Of a DNA stretch of 64,000 nt, positions 39,584 through 52,400 are shown in pieces. The translations under genes were made by a program, and so were the position numbers. The DNA is from Paramecium tetraurelia (taxonomy: Eukaryota), in contig CT868207.1 of assembly GCA_000165425.1 (NCBI GenBank), positions 372,001 through 436,000 of the forward strand, given 5' to 3'. Position 1 is the first letter of the stretch, and the number at the start of each line of letters is the position of its first letter. The notes under the pieces were generated by a model that did no database searches, was not told where the DNA came from, and saw nothing but the letters and a program-made list of their open reading frames with translations.

Positions 39584-40520
39584 TCAGCTGCATGACAAAG
39601 AATATAATAATATTATACTCAATCCAACTTAGACTCCTAGAAATCCATATCCGACCTTTCGACAAATACTCTCATAATCCCCACTCTAAGGCACTTCGAT
39701 CAGACTCATGGCTATAAACAATCCCCCCAAAAAACCTCCCAATTCGCCCAAATTGTCATAAAAACTATTTTATCCTGATCCAAAAGTGAACATCATTACA
39801 AATATTACCACCATAGCGACAAAACAAACTAAAGCACATTTCATATCTCCCAATGCATCTAATTTTTGCCAATATAAAATTATGTACTATTAAATATAAT
39901 TAATTATATACTCCTATCAAAAACCCTACACAAGCATAGATACAAGCAAAGGTTTCGGAATATGTCGTATATTTGCAAATGTTACACAAATCTCCAAATA
40001 TTGCACCACTTACACCTGCTCCAAAAAAAACTACCATTGTTAAATGCAATCCTTATGTGGCCTCTACGATTGAATAACAAATTATTATCATAAAGATTGC
40101 AATCACTAGATTATAGAAGTCTGTAACCAAGAATAAGGATGTCACCCATCTGAAAACCTCAAAGTTATATTTAACATCATTTGGATCATTTCCACCAAAA
40201 TCCTTCAATGTTTTCTAGTAAACTGATAAAAATCGATCCTATTTATTGACTCCTCCCACTCCTAGCATTGTGATATATAGAATTATAATCAGAGCTGAGA
40301 TTATTGTAGTAAACGAAATAGGTTTAAGTTTTGGACAGAACGATTTCTTCAGCATGTGAAAAAAATTCTCACCTCTTGGGTCTCCATCAATTCCTCCTAA
40401 TGGTTTTAGATGAAGTCAATTACCAAACATCGACATCATCTATGATCCTCCATTGCTCCTTATGTTCTGATAATTATCTTACTGGTCGTTGTCATCACCC
40501 AATCTGTGTATATTTGCCAT
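39584..40520 (-). CDS. Rhomboid-family protein lacking catalytic residues (pseudoprotease), ~294 aa
   Basis: Rhomboid scaffold EVFRWVTSLFL, GAGVSGAIFG and DNLGELGGFLGG. Introns of 27 and 25 nt give an exact multiple of 3. TGA at 39584-39586. Confidence 0.8.
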
Positions 40521-40758
40521 TTTATATTTAAATTATTCAATTTTATAGATTATTATAAATTATACAAATTATTAACTGATTATAGAAGCATGAAAAAGAA
40601 ATGTTAAAAATATTTATTATTCTAAATATTTTCTAATTTTTTATGAAAAACTAAAACTAAATTAAACCATAAATGTTATATAATATTTTGATAAACCATT
40701 GCAATATTTGTCCTACTTAAACATATATAGGGCTCTCATAATAATTAATTTAACTATT

Positions 40759-41352
40759 ATGAATATAAAACATCCAGTTGAATTATTGAAGAAAAAGATC
40801 GATCCTGAAGCCATCATGTATAAGTTTAGATGGAGTAACAACTCAGTCTCAATCGAACCCATGACATAATTAACTCCTGAAATGCTGGTTCTAGTCCACG
40901 ATTACGAATTAAAACAATTAGGCCATGACCCTCAAGAACCTAAACCTCAAAAACACATTAAATAGGATACTTAACCAATAACTTAATTTGCCAATGGAAA
41001 AAAACCAGAGGAACAAAAAAGGGAAAAGAAATCAAATGAAAAAGTTGATAAAGCAGAAAAAGTTGTTGAAAAGCCTTAAGAAAAATAAAAACAATAATTA
41101 TCATAGAAAGATCTTGATAATGCACTTAATAATAATATAGGAAATGGTCCTCATAAGCCTCGAAAGAGTAAACCTTGCTAAGTGAAATAAGTTAGACATG
41201 ACAATGGAAGAGTAGATTTTTTGGTGTGTTTCGAAGATTCTGCTGATTAAAAGTGGATCTCATTAGATGAAATGAAAGAAAAGGCTCCTGTAGCCGTTTG
41301 CGAGTTCTTATTAGGGAAAGTGAAATATGGAGGGACAATGAACAAAAAGTGA
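40759..41352 (+). CDS. HP1-like protein (degenerate chromodomain + hinge + chromoshadow-like domain), 197 aa
   Basis: Intronless code-6 ORF. The N-terminus PVELLKKKIDPEAIMYKFRWSNNSVSIEPMTQL is chromo-like, followed by a K/E-rich hinge. The C-terminus HDNGRVDFLVCFEDSADQKWISLDEMKEKAPVAVCEFLLGKV is chromoshadow-like. Confidence 0.72.
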
Positions 41353-41775
41353 TTGAGTAATTATCGTATTAAATAATTATCAATATTAATATAATATAAA
41401 TTTAACTTTTCTTGCTCTTTGAGATTATTAAATTTAAATTATATTTAGTAAACCAAATAATTAATATTTATGATAATATCGAGAAAAACAATAAAAATAA
41501 AAATTCAATAATCGTATAATCATTCCTATCACCTCAGATTTATGTTATTAAATATCGATTCATTTTCAATAAAAAAATAATTCATTCAATCTGAAAGAAT
41601 AATATAGGTTGAGTATAATTAAACATTTAGGTTGAAGAAAGAACTTAAATTATATAATATCTAAAGAACGATTAATTATAAAGGTGTTTTGAAATGTTAA
41701 TTTTTAAATGTAAATTATTAAAAATTGATAATAATAATAAAATATTTGAATCTCATTGATTTATCAGGAGTCATA

Positions 41776-42419
41776 TCAAAATTTAATTAAACTAGGAGAA
41801 GCATTTTTTCTGTTTACCAATTTAGAAAAGTCAATATATCTTCTTTAGAAATTAGGTCTTTTTTAATTATTAAGTACTTCAATTTTAAATACGTTTGTGC
41901 CACTTTGCCGTCATCTATTTGATGATTGTATTTGGGTCTTTCTTTATTATATGTAGCTTTAGTATAATTAACAAAGCAAATAGGTTTAGGTTTTTAGTAA
42001 TCGGCAACTGGATCATGAAGAACTTATAAAGTGAACCAAGGTTTTCTCTTGGTTTACTTGTTTAAGGGGATAGGTTTCTGAATTGGTTCCCAGGATAGAG
42101 AAATGTTGAGTCCTTGTTATTGAGAAATGTCTCTCTTCTCATCAAAGATAGTGACCCTAGGCTTGCAATTAAATGATATAGAGGGAGTACGCGGGCGTAT
42201 AAATTTCCAATTCGAATCAGAATTTTAATCAATTCTGGTTTTAAAACAGGGAATGGAGACAAACTCTCTTCCTGCTGTTGTATGAAAATGTTGGCTAAAT
42301 GATTTTAATGGTGTAATATCCTCATCTTTTTAAATAGATTCTATGGGTCTATCGACTTTTAGAATTTAACCTAGAGATTTGTCAAGAAGTATTTATTTAA
42401 TTTTTGATTTTTCTAACAT
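41776..42419 (-). CDS. Hypothetical basic protein (~205 aa)
   Basis: ATG at 42419 (MLEKSKIKQILLDKSLGQ) opens a code-6 frame. A 20-nt intron near 41858-41877 gives the ending NASPSLIKF-TGA at 41776-41778; the 3' end is uncertain. Confidence 0.55.
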
Positions 42420-42443
42420 TAAAAATAATATAATTTACGTGTT

Positions 42444-44469
42444 ATGCTATCTGTGCTTCCAGATAAAATTGGCAAAGCATTTGGAAATGGTACACTTTCG
42501 ATATCCTCAAACAGAAACAATAAATTGGCTGAACTTATCAATTCTAAATACACTGAAGATCTGGTTGAAGCAATCAGAATTTTGTATTGCGTATCCATCT
42601 TATTTATAAATGTAGTAATATTTACAAAACAAAGATCTAACTCTATATATGTCTAGAATAATTAATTTACTTCCAAGAGAGGATCTTGAATTAAAGAGAT
42701 TATGCCAAATATTGATTAGTGAATTTGCAGCTTAGGCAAATGCAAGAACAAGCAAATCTCAAGGGGATGTCCTAATATTGGCTACTGCTCCTATTTTTAA
42801 GGATTTAACTAATTTAAACACGTCAATAAAATTAAATGCTCTGAAAACATTGTCAAGTTTGAGAATCTAAGAACTCACTCCAATGTTATTCACAGCAATA
42901 AGAAAGATATAAGCAGATAAAAATCCATTGGTAAGAAGAAGTGTTGCATTATCAATTCTGAAAATGCATGATTTGTGTAGTGATGATGTTTAGCCTGATG
43001 ATTATAATGATATTATCAATTTTCTGCTTAAAGACACTCATCAAACAAGACTATATGCTATCTATGTGATTTTCAAAATTACGGGAGATCTTTCAATATT
43101 ACATAAATATTATTTTTAACTTATCAAAGATTTGTTAAATTTTAATAACTTTGATTTGGAAAGAGCACTCCAATTATTATATTAATATAGTGTAATGTAC
43201 TTCAAAGAAGGAGATAAAGATCTAATCAAATTATTGGATGCTTGTGAAATCCTTCTAAGATTACCTTATCCAGGCATCGTTTTAGCAATATCTAGATTAT
43301 ATCTTTAGTTCCCACAAGAATCAAGAATTAAGAAACTTATCAGAACTGTTGTTAAATTTTTAAATATAGGATCTGAATCCAAATTTATAATCCTTTAGAT
43401 GTTACATCAATTAGCTCTCTCATATCCTTAATATGTGAAAGAACATTATAGAGCACTTTCTATCCTTTAAATCGAAAAACTATATTGTAAATTACTTAAA
43501 TTAGAAATTCTATCCTTATTGATAGATGAGAATAATTTTAATAATATTCTAGAAGAATTGTTATATTAAGCTAGATCTAATTAGCCATAATTGGTAGCTG
43601 TTGCTGTTAAGCTATTATCAAAAACAACGATTAAATTCCCAAAATTCATTAAGCGTACTATTAAATCTCTTCTTGATATTCTAAAAACGGGTAGTTCTGA
43701 TACTAAAAATCATGTGGTCGCTTCTTTTTGTAATTTGATTAGCACTTAAGATAATAAATTACCTCTTCTAGCTATTTGCCTTTAAAATATAGATGATATT
43801 AGTGATATTAGATATAAGGCTACTGTTATTAAGCTTCTAAGATAGGAGATTGAGTAAATACCTACCATTGCTGCTGAAAACTTAAGAAAATTATCATTAA
43901 ATTTTTCTTAATAACATGAAAATGTTAAATATGAAGTAAGCCTATTTCTTATTTTATAGATTTTATTGCTTAGTCATTAATTATAAACTATTCATTAAGA
44001 ATAATAAGTTGAATTACTTCATTAATACATAATGACTCTAGCCAAATTTGACTCAAGCCTCTTGGTTCGAGATCTATTTAGAACATTAGCAAAATCTGTG
44101 GATTTTAAGGAAGACAATGTTTAAGAAGAAGAAAAAAGTTCTGCCCCTCCTGTAGAAACCTAAAAACTTCCTATCGGATCATTATCGCATTTGGTTGGTA
44201 TACATTTGCCTGGGCTTAAGTTGCCAACCTATTTAAACGAAGATACAAGTGAGAAAAGAAAGGCTGAAATAATAGTAGCACCTTAAAAAGTTGAATAACC
44301 TTAATAACAATAATAACAACAATAATAAAAATAATAACCACAATCCTAAAAATAACAATAAACATAATAAGTTGAAAATAAAAAAGAAGTTCTCAAAAAA
44401 GTAGAAGAAGATGTTAAAAAGCATTATTAAAATTTAGATTAAGTTTTAAATGACTTCTTTACCGATTGA
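42444..44469 (+). CDS. Adaptor-complex beta subunit (AP-3 beta-like adaptin trunk, no evident appendage)
   Basis: Adaptin-N motifs DLELKRLCQI, IKLNALKTLSSLRI, DKNPLVRRSVALSILK, KLLKLEILSLL, DSSLLVRD and IGSLSHLVG, then a Gln-rich tail. TGA at 44467-44469. Confidence 0.8.
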
Positions 44470-44528
44470 TATTATTAATTTATGTATGCTAAGTATTATC
44501 AAAGTAATAGCTAATTTTTAATTATATA

Positions 44529-46701
44529 TCAAGAACATTCTCTAATAAAAATCTTTGATTCAGAAAGAATTATAATATCTTCTTCTCTATATTGCTGATC
44601 AAAGATTTCTTCAGGGAGGATGAAAATCTAACCATATTGATATTTAATACTTGATATGAATTTTGTTACTGATGAGTTATTTATTAAACATTCCAGATCA
44701 CTTGCAAGTTTTCAAATTAAGCTGCAATAACCTTATTTTTTTTATCCATCCTAACATGTTAAAAATTTGGATAATTATATATTCCCATCAAAATCAAATC
44801 TTCAGGGTGTAACTAAATTATAATTGGAGATGGCTTCATATCTAACTTTTACTTATAACCATTCTAATGATTTGTTATTATTTACTAATATTGGATATAT
44901 TAAGAATTATTAATTATGATAAACCTATTTTACGACTTATATTTTACTGTTCATCTGTACTTAATACAATATCTTGGATAAGATCTCCTAATCCTTCGAA
45001 AGTATTTACTTATTTCATCGTTTAAATATTATCAAATACAAGCACTAAACCTTAAAATTTGCCTATAATAATAGATCCATTAATCGAGCATCTTATAATT
45101 TGGTAGTTATCAATCAAATTTTAATCTATTTCATTAACTAATAATATCAATTTTAATTTTACTTTTTTAAATAGATTTCCCCTCAATTAAAACATATACT
45201 GATTAATTACCTAATAATATAAATTACTTTTCATAAGAGCAAACATCTGCAATCTAAAAATTTAATTTAATAATATCGTGAGTTTCAGTTCCTAAATCAA
45301 TTATGTGTAATACATATTAAAACTATATATATAAAACTAACTTTTTAGAATTACTGTCAAAATATGTTTTATCAAATTTAATATGTTAATTAATTTAATA
45401 GGTTCTATTATAATTGATAAATGAAATCGTTTTATCTTCTAAAATTATTAGAGTATCAGCTTCATTTTATAAAATCTTTTTAGTAGTTGCCTTCTTTAAA
45501 CCTCCTTTTATTGTAGATAGATCATCTTTATAAATGTATTTCTTTTATTTTTTAAATTAAACTTATTAGTTATACGATTCATTTACATTAATCGTAGTTA
45601 TTGAAATTTAACTAAATGAAGAAGAAGTCTCTAATAATAAGTTTTGTTTCTTTCTCATGCTTATTTTTGATTTCGATAAAATTGAAGCCATAGATTTAGC
45701 TCCATCTAAAGTATCAAATTTCAAATATAAAACAATCTAATTTTATCCATCAAAATTAACCCAACTTAGAAAGTTCTCAATTGTATCTACTTAAAAATTG
45801 GCTAAATCTTTTATCGATTAAATTAATAGTAATTGTCTATCTTAATTGTATAGTTCTATCCTACTCTCTGTATTAGATGCAATATTTAAAGTCATAATGA
45901 CCAAAGGGCTTATTAGCCTTATTTCTGCCGATGATGTGTAGAGTATATATAATTTACCTGCATAAATTTATTATATAGAGTTATCGTCTTGCTGCAAAAG
46001 GTAATTGATAACATCTCCTATAGTTTCTTAATCTAAAATAGTTCTAGTAGTTGATAATGATAAAATTGATCTATCTACTCTCATGTAGGTGTTATTCATT
46101 TATTTTTAGTGTACTTAAATAGGCATCTCAAATTTGGAGCATTACTTTGAAGGAATCAAATTATCTAGTTCAGTTATACTTTTTGGGAGGGCCTTTTTGG
46201 TTTTTTGAATCCAAATTAATTTATTTAAATACAATTTAAAATTTAAAATTTTTAAATTGTCTTATTTTGTGTTTTTTGGGAAATGGATCCTTACACTCCA
46301 TTTAATGCCTTTAATGTCTCTATTTTTAAGTTTAACTGATACATCAAATCTATACTAAACTCATCTATAGAATCGTTTAACGGTTAATATTGTATTGATT
46401 TAAAAAATGAAATATTAAAATAAAAGTCTCCTTCCTTTGAACCAACTGCGTTATTATAAGATTTAGAGGCTCTGTGTAATCGAACAATCAGAATATGATC
46501 AAACTCATCATTTGTTAATTTATCAAACACAAATTCTGAATTGGATGATCTAAGCATATCAAAATTTAAATACAATTTTGTATATTTGGCTTCATCTTAT
46601 TTAAAGATTGTTCCTAAAATTACAAAATCAAAAATCTCTTATTCTACTAATGGTTATTATGTTCCTACGACTTTATTGAATATATCCTTAATAAATTGCA
46701 T
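44529..46701 (-). CDS. VID27-like (vacuolar import/degradation) beta-propeller protein
   Basis: C-terminal motifs TFEGLGDLIQDIVLSTDEQFII, PSPIIIQLHPEDL and VIWNVQQI..SYQI follow the VID27 pattern LPGLGDPI..DV / P.P..L.L.PE / V.WN. ATG at 46701, TGA at 44529-44531. It needs a 35-nt intron or a 1-nt indel at ~46145-46184. Confidence 0.65.
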
Positions 46702-46714
46702 TTTAATATTATAA

Positions 46715-47938
46715 TCATTTTTTAATTTTCCAAATAGTAAAAATATAAATTAATCGAGCATGCATTAATAAATTTTTCTGGACAACATTCATCTAATTTT
46801 GATCTAATTTTCCTCCTGGGGGGGACCATGGTTTAGCTTTAAAGTTAAGTAAGATCTAGATTTAAATAGATATATTATTTACTTTAAAACAATCATTAGA
46901 ATTCGATTTGAATGCATAATATAAAGGTGATAACTATTTATTATCTAATGCTTCAATATTACTGCAATTTTTAATTAATAATTTAACCAAAAGTGCATTA
47001 TTACAAATACAAGCAATATGTAATGGAGTTTACCCATCTTTGTTTCTGCTATGAACCAGATATGGATCTTCTGATAAAGTATTAATTATCTTATCATAAT
47101 TGCCTTCAATTATTTGTTCATAAAATGAGTTATTATACTTGATTGGGTATTCAAACCAGAAATTCACTCGACATTTATATTTGGCTACAAATAAAACCTG
47201 TTTGAGAATATTTATAAATCTCTCTCGTACTTTGTGAGAACAACTAATGAGTCTAGTCCTTGATTTAAGCATTTTATGAGATGTAATTGGCACTCTTTTT
47301 TTGCTTTATTCATTGGTAAGATGTTAAATCTATTAAAACACAGATTTAAATGTAGATTATTTCATATTTACCATATCATTTATTTGGTTATCATATTTTT
47401 TCTCTGGTACAAGTTATTTATTTGATTAATGAAATTGAAATCGAATTTATTAGTTTTGAATTGATTTAATTTAAGCTGTAACCATTTCTTTATCTACATC
47501 TTCAGCATAAATCTAATTGTCTTACCTAGATAAACTTCTTTTATGGATTAAGTTACAAATCTCATAATTCGATAAAAATCTACTTAATCTTCTTCTTGAT
47601 TATTCATCAATATAATCTTCTCGAAATTACTTTTTATTTGTTAATCTTTTGAAACCTAGCTAACTTAGTTAGTTTATCTAGATTATCTTGCTGTTTTAAT
47701 TTAGGATTCATATCCATCAACAACAGAATNNNNNNNNNNNNNNNNNNNNNNNNNNNNNNNNNNNNNNNNNNNNNNNNNNNNNNNNNNNNNNNNNNNNNNN
47801 NNNNNNNNNNNNNNNNNNNNNNNNNNNNNNNNNNNNNNNNNNNNNNNNNNNNNNNNNNNNNNNNNNNNNNNNNNNNNNNTAGGATTATTTTGGTTTATCT
47901 CCCCAAGTATAGTAAAAGTATTTTTAATGAGTTTCCAT
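46715..47938 (-). CDS. Ankyrin-repeat protein (spans assembly gap)
   Basis: Ankyrin repeats DGQTPLHIACICNNALLVKLLI and PLYYAFKSNS, then AKPWS. TGA at 46715-46717. The start at 47938 lies across the N gap and is tentative. Confidence 0.72.
47730..47879. other. Assembly gap (N run)
   Basis: 150 consecutive N. Confidence 1.
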
Positions 47939-47969
47939 ATCAATCTTATAAATAAAAAATAAATAACAT

Positions 47970-49360
47970 ATGTATTAAAAGTATAATTAAGTTAAACAAA
48001 ATAAATTATAGATCAGATTAATTTAAGATAAAGAGTGATCTCTAATATAAAAAATACAGCTAAATTACTTTTGCAAAGTGACCAAAAATTTAGTTACATA
48101 AATGAAACTCCATTAATATTATTTGAGAAGCATAGATCCATATAAGAGCTGAGAAAATATAACTGCTAACAAGAATAAAATTTAATTAAGCTAAAACTAT
48201 AGGTGATTTACTATTAAATAAGGCTTTAAACTATAAGATAGTTTTACATTAAAAAGGTACATTTATGAAGTAGATATCAATAGAAAAAGTTTTGATAAAA
48301 TTATATGTCGCTTTGGAAATATTTTATAAACCAAAATAATTTTATATTTAAGATAGTTAGGAATTAATTGATGGAATGCACTTTTAAGCATTAGAGATTC
48401 TTTGATTTAAAATATCAAGGAATTTAGATAAATTTTAATATTGATAAAATTAGGAGTAATAAATAATTAAATTATAATTATTAGATAATTCTAATGGTGA
48501 ATAGTTTTTTTGATTAACAAGTCTACTCAACCAATAATGTGAACTTCAGAAACTTACTTATTTATTATCTATATAACTATATTTATCAAAGTTAATTCAT
48601 ACTCTAGAAAACTTAAAAATAAGAATTGGCAACTATAATTATGTAAAACTAAAAGCATTTCAAAAAAAAGAAAATAGAGTCAAGTATTCAGATAAGATAA
48701 AATGTTCAATTACTATAAGGATTATATAAGTCATGAAGTAAGCAATCCAAAGATTTTTATTAATTTCTAAATTCGTTTTTAGAATGATTCCTAATTTAAG
48801 GATAGTAGAATGTAATATAATTTTATAAAACTTTGCATCCTTGTACTTTACTATATAAGAAGGTTATTACGGATTATTGGACATTCCATTGGTAAGTGTA
48901 GCTCATAATTCGTATCTTCCTAATGAATCGACCCATTAATTTACACTTATTTTAGACATGGATGAAACATTGATTCATTTTGTCAATTAGACAAAAAGTA
49001 TGAGATTGGAGTATTTACTGCTGGATTAAGAGATTATGCAAATTGGGTTCTTGACTAAGTCGCTTTTAATAAATAAATCTAATTTAGATTATATCGATAA
49101 CATGCCATGTAATATCAATAACACTTTGTAAAGACTTATCAAGACTGGGAAGAAGCATAGCTAAATGCATAATAATAGATAAAATAGCAGCTAACTATCA
49201 ACATTAAGAAGAAAATGAGATTTAAATTAAGATTTGGTGCAACGACCCTGAGGATAAAGAATTGGTCAAAGTAGGAGCAATTTTAAGACAACTAGCAAAA
49301 GGTAATTGTGAGGATGTCAGAGATGCTCTTCAAATGTATAACAAAGCTTATGTATAGTGA
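47970..49360 (+). pseudogene. Decayed CTD small-phosphatase-like (FCP1/SCP, HAD DxDxT) gene
   Basis: Motifs LILDMDETLIH (~48946), YEIGVFTAGLRDYA, RLYRQH and KDLSRLGR are present but lie in different frames. The conserved RP..FL segment is deleted at ~48998 and a second frameshift occurs at ~49130. The 5' boundary is approximate. Confidence 0.75.
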
Positions 49361-49410
49361 TTCTCTTTATCTAATTAATAAATATCTAAATAAAAATTAA
49401 TTAACTAACA

Positions 49411-52400
49411 ATGTCTTCATTTAGGCCACAATCTTCTTAGGTTATTTCAGTGAAATCACCCAGCAGAAGTGAGTATACTAAATTTTATATTAGTTATTCC
49501 TGCTATTGCGAATATGGGGAGATCATATGTTATACCTGCTGCCCAGAATTTGCCTACTACAGTAATTGTAAAGGAAAAGAATCCAGGATCCTACAATAAT
49601 GATAAAGAGGTTGATGAAGGTGCAAGGGATGAATTGGAATTATGGAAGAAAAAGTATTTTTCATTAGAAGCTCGATTAGCTAAATATGAGATAGATAATG
49701 AAATTGTACTGAAATTATGCAATATTTTTAGAAAGATGAATTATAATCTAGGATATTAGGTTCATAGGAGGATGTTAAAAAGTTTTAGATAGATTATACT
49801 AAAGCACAAGCTGATTTGGATAATTAGAAATCTGAGATGAATAAGTTGATTATTGAAAATTAAAAATTGTTAAATTAACAAGTTGAGGTTGATAGATTAA
49901 AAAAATTAGTGGCTGAAAGGGAGGATACAATTAGCCAAGTATCTAATAATATTACTTATTTAGCTATTACAAAAATGCAAAGAATATCAAGAGTAATTAT
50001 AAGAGCTGGAAGCTTTTTAATAGGCTCTTTAAGATATGCATAATCAAAATTAAGGAAAAGAATAGATGATTGAGTCATGGAAATAAAAATATACTGAAAA
50101 TGACAGCAAAAAGTAAAAAGAAATTGATGATCTTAAATCCAAACTTGCAGAGTTTAATCCTGCAGAAGTTCAAAACTTAAAAGATTAATTTTAAAGAGAA
50201 AGACAAGAATCATAAAATCAATTAAAAAAATAACAAACAGATTTAGCTGATGCCCTTAAATAATTAGATTAATGGAAAATTAAATACAATGTAATTCAAT
50301 CTTTAATGATAGAATCTTGATCTCAAACACCAATAATTATCATCTGCTCAAAAAGAATCTATTGCAAGAGTTGAGACTTTGACTTAAGAATAAAATAAGT
50401 TGTCAACTTAGATTCATTAACTTAATGATGATAAACAAAAGTTGTAGATTGAACTGGAACAGACAAAAGGATAACTTAAACTTCATTAAGGCTTGATTGG
50501 AGAATTGGATAGGATTAAAAGACTATTATCTGATAAAAGTACTGAGTTATAGCAAACCTTGTAATAATCACAGTAGAAAGACATAGATTTAAATAATGCA
50601 GAATTGACTATTTCTGAATTGAATCAAAAGATCAAATCTTTGTCACTTTTACAATAAGAAAACTAAAGATTATAAAATGAAATAGAAGAAATTCATAGAG
50701 AAAATGAAAAACTTAGCCAAGACAATTCCTAATTATTAAAAGATATTGATAAGTTTAAGCTCTTAGAACAAGAGAAATAGTAATTAGAAAGTAAAGTCAG
50801 TATGTTGGCATCAGAAATAGAGAGATTGAAAGTTTAACTTAAATAAAAGAATGAAAAGATTTTAGAATAATAAGAAGATTTGAAAAACTTATAAGAATAA
50901 TTAAGAGAAATTGAAGAATTAGAAAATTAAAATCAATAATTATTAAAGGATTTGGAATAAAAAGATAAAATCATTGAAGAATTGGAATAGAAATTGTAGG
51001 AACTCAATGTTCTTGAATAAAAATTGGCTGATGCTAATAATAAAATATATGATTTAGAAAACAAAGTAGCAATGTTGAGTGCTGAATCCTAAAGATTGAG
51101 ATATTTGAATGATCAAAAAACAGAACAATTGAAAAATGCAGAAGAGTAATTGTCTGATTTAAATATATTAAAAGAAAAATTGAGTCAATTATAAAATAAA
51201 TATGATGCATAACAATAAGTTAATCAAAATTACTAAGATGAATTAGAAAAGCTTAGAGGCTAATCAAATTAAGCTAATACGAATATTGCTGAATTAAAAA
51301 GATAATTAGAAGAATAAAAGGCCCAAAATATAGTTTATAAACAATCAAATTCTGAATCTGTAATTGCAGAATTGCAATAATAGCTTAGTTCATTGTAACA
51401 AAGTTACAAGAAGGTTTCAGAATCAAATTTAGCTAATGAAGAGGATCCAACATTAGATTTACAAAATAGATTAACCCTACTTAAATAAGAAAATCAAAGA
51501 TTGAACCAAACTATTTAATAAAAGAATTAAGAAGTCCTTAATCATTAATAATAGAACCAAAACATATAAAAAGAATTATTAGAATTGGACTCATTAAAAG
51601 TATAAATCAAAGAGTTGCATGAATCTAATAATGTATTATAGGAACAACTGTAGAATGAGGTTAAAGGTAGACAAGATTTAGAATAAAAAATTCAATAAAC
51701 TGAATCCGAGAAGTATGATTTATAGAGTAAATGTGCTATGTTATCCACTCATATAGAAGGAATGAAATATAAACTAGATAAGATGGAAAATGTTGATGAC
51801 CTCAAAAAAAGAATTCAAGAATTAGAAGGCCAATTAGCTGAAATGTAAGCATTGGAATTAGAAATTGAAAGCTTGAAAGATAGAATTGCAGAGTTAGAAA
51901 AAGAACTAAAATTATGGAAATAAAAGCATGATCAATTAGATTAATCGTATTAATAATTATAGATGACTAAAGAATAGATGGAGAATAAATTGGCTATGCT
52001 TTCATCTGAAATAGAACGACTAAAGGTTTTAAATAAGAAAAAGCAAGATGAAATAGATGCTTAGAATTAAGAATTAATTAAATTAGATTAAGAAATGAAT
52101 GACTTACATAATTAACTTGAAGATATTAATGAATTAAGAACAGAATTGGGTTCTCTTTAGAATTAATTATAATAATAAATTGATGATAACTAAGATAAAT
52201 TGAATGAAATTACTCATCTTAAATAATAAGTAGCAGAAATTGAAGGCTTATTAGTAAATCAAGAAGATTTACAAAATTAAATTAAAAAGTTGTAAACAGA
52301 ATCAGAATCCAAAGATGAAATTATAAATTAATTTAAACAAAAACTAACATAATTAGAAAGCAAAATTGCTGAACTTGAAGATATAAAAGTAATTAGCAAT

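Noticed and set aside
44295..44375. (TAA/CAA)n microsatellite-like tract
   Set aside because: It is poly-Gln coding sequence in the adaptin tail under code 6.
47701..47943. ORFs spanning N runs (also 61642-61893)
   Set aside because: Artefacts of translating through assembly gaps.
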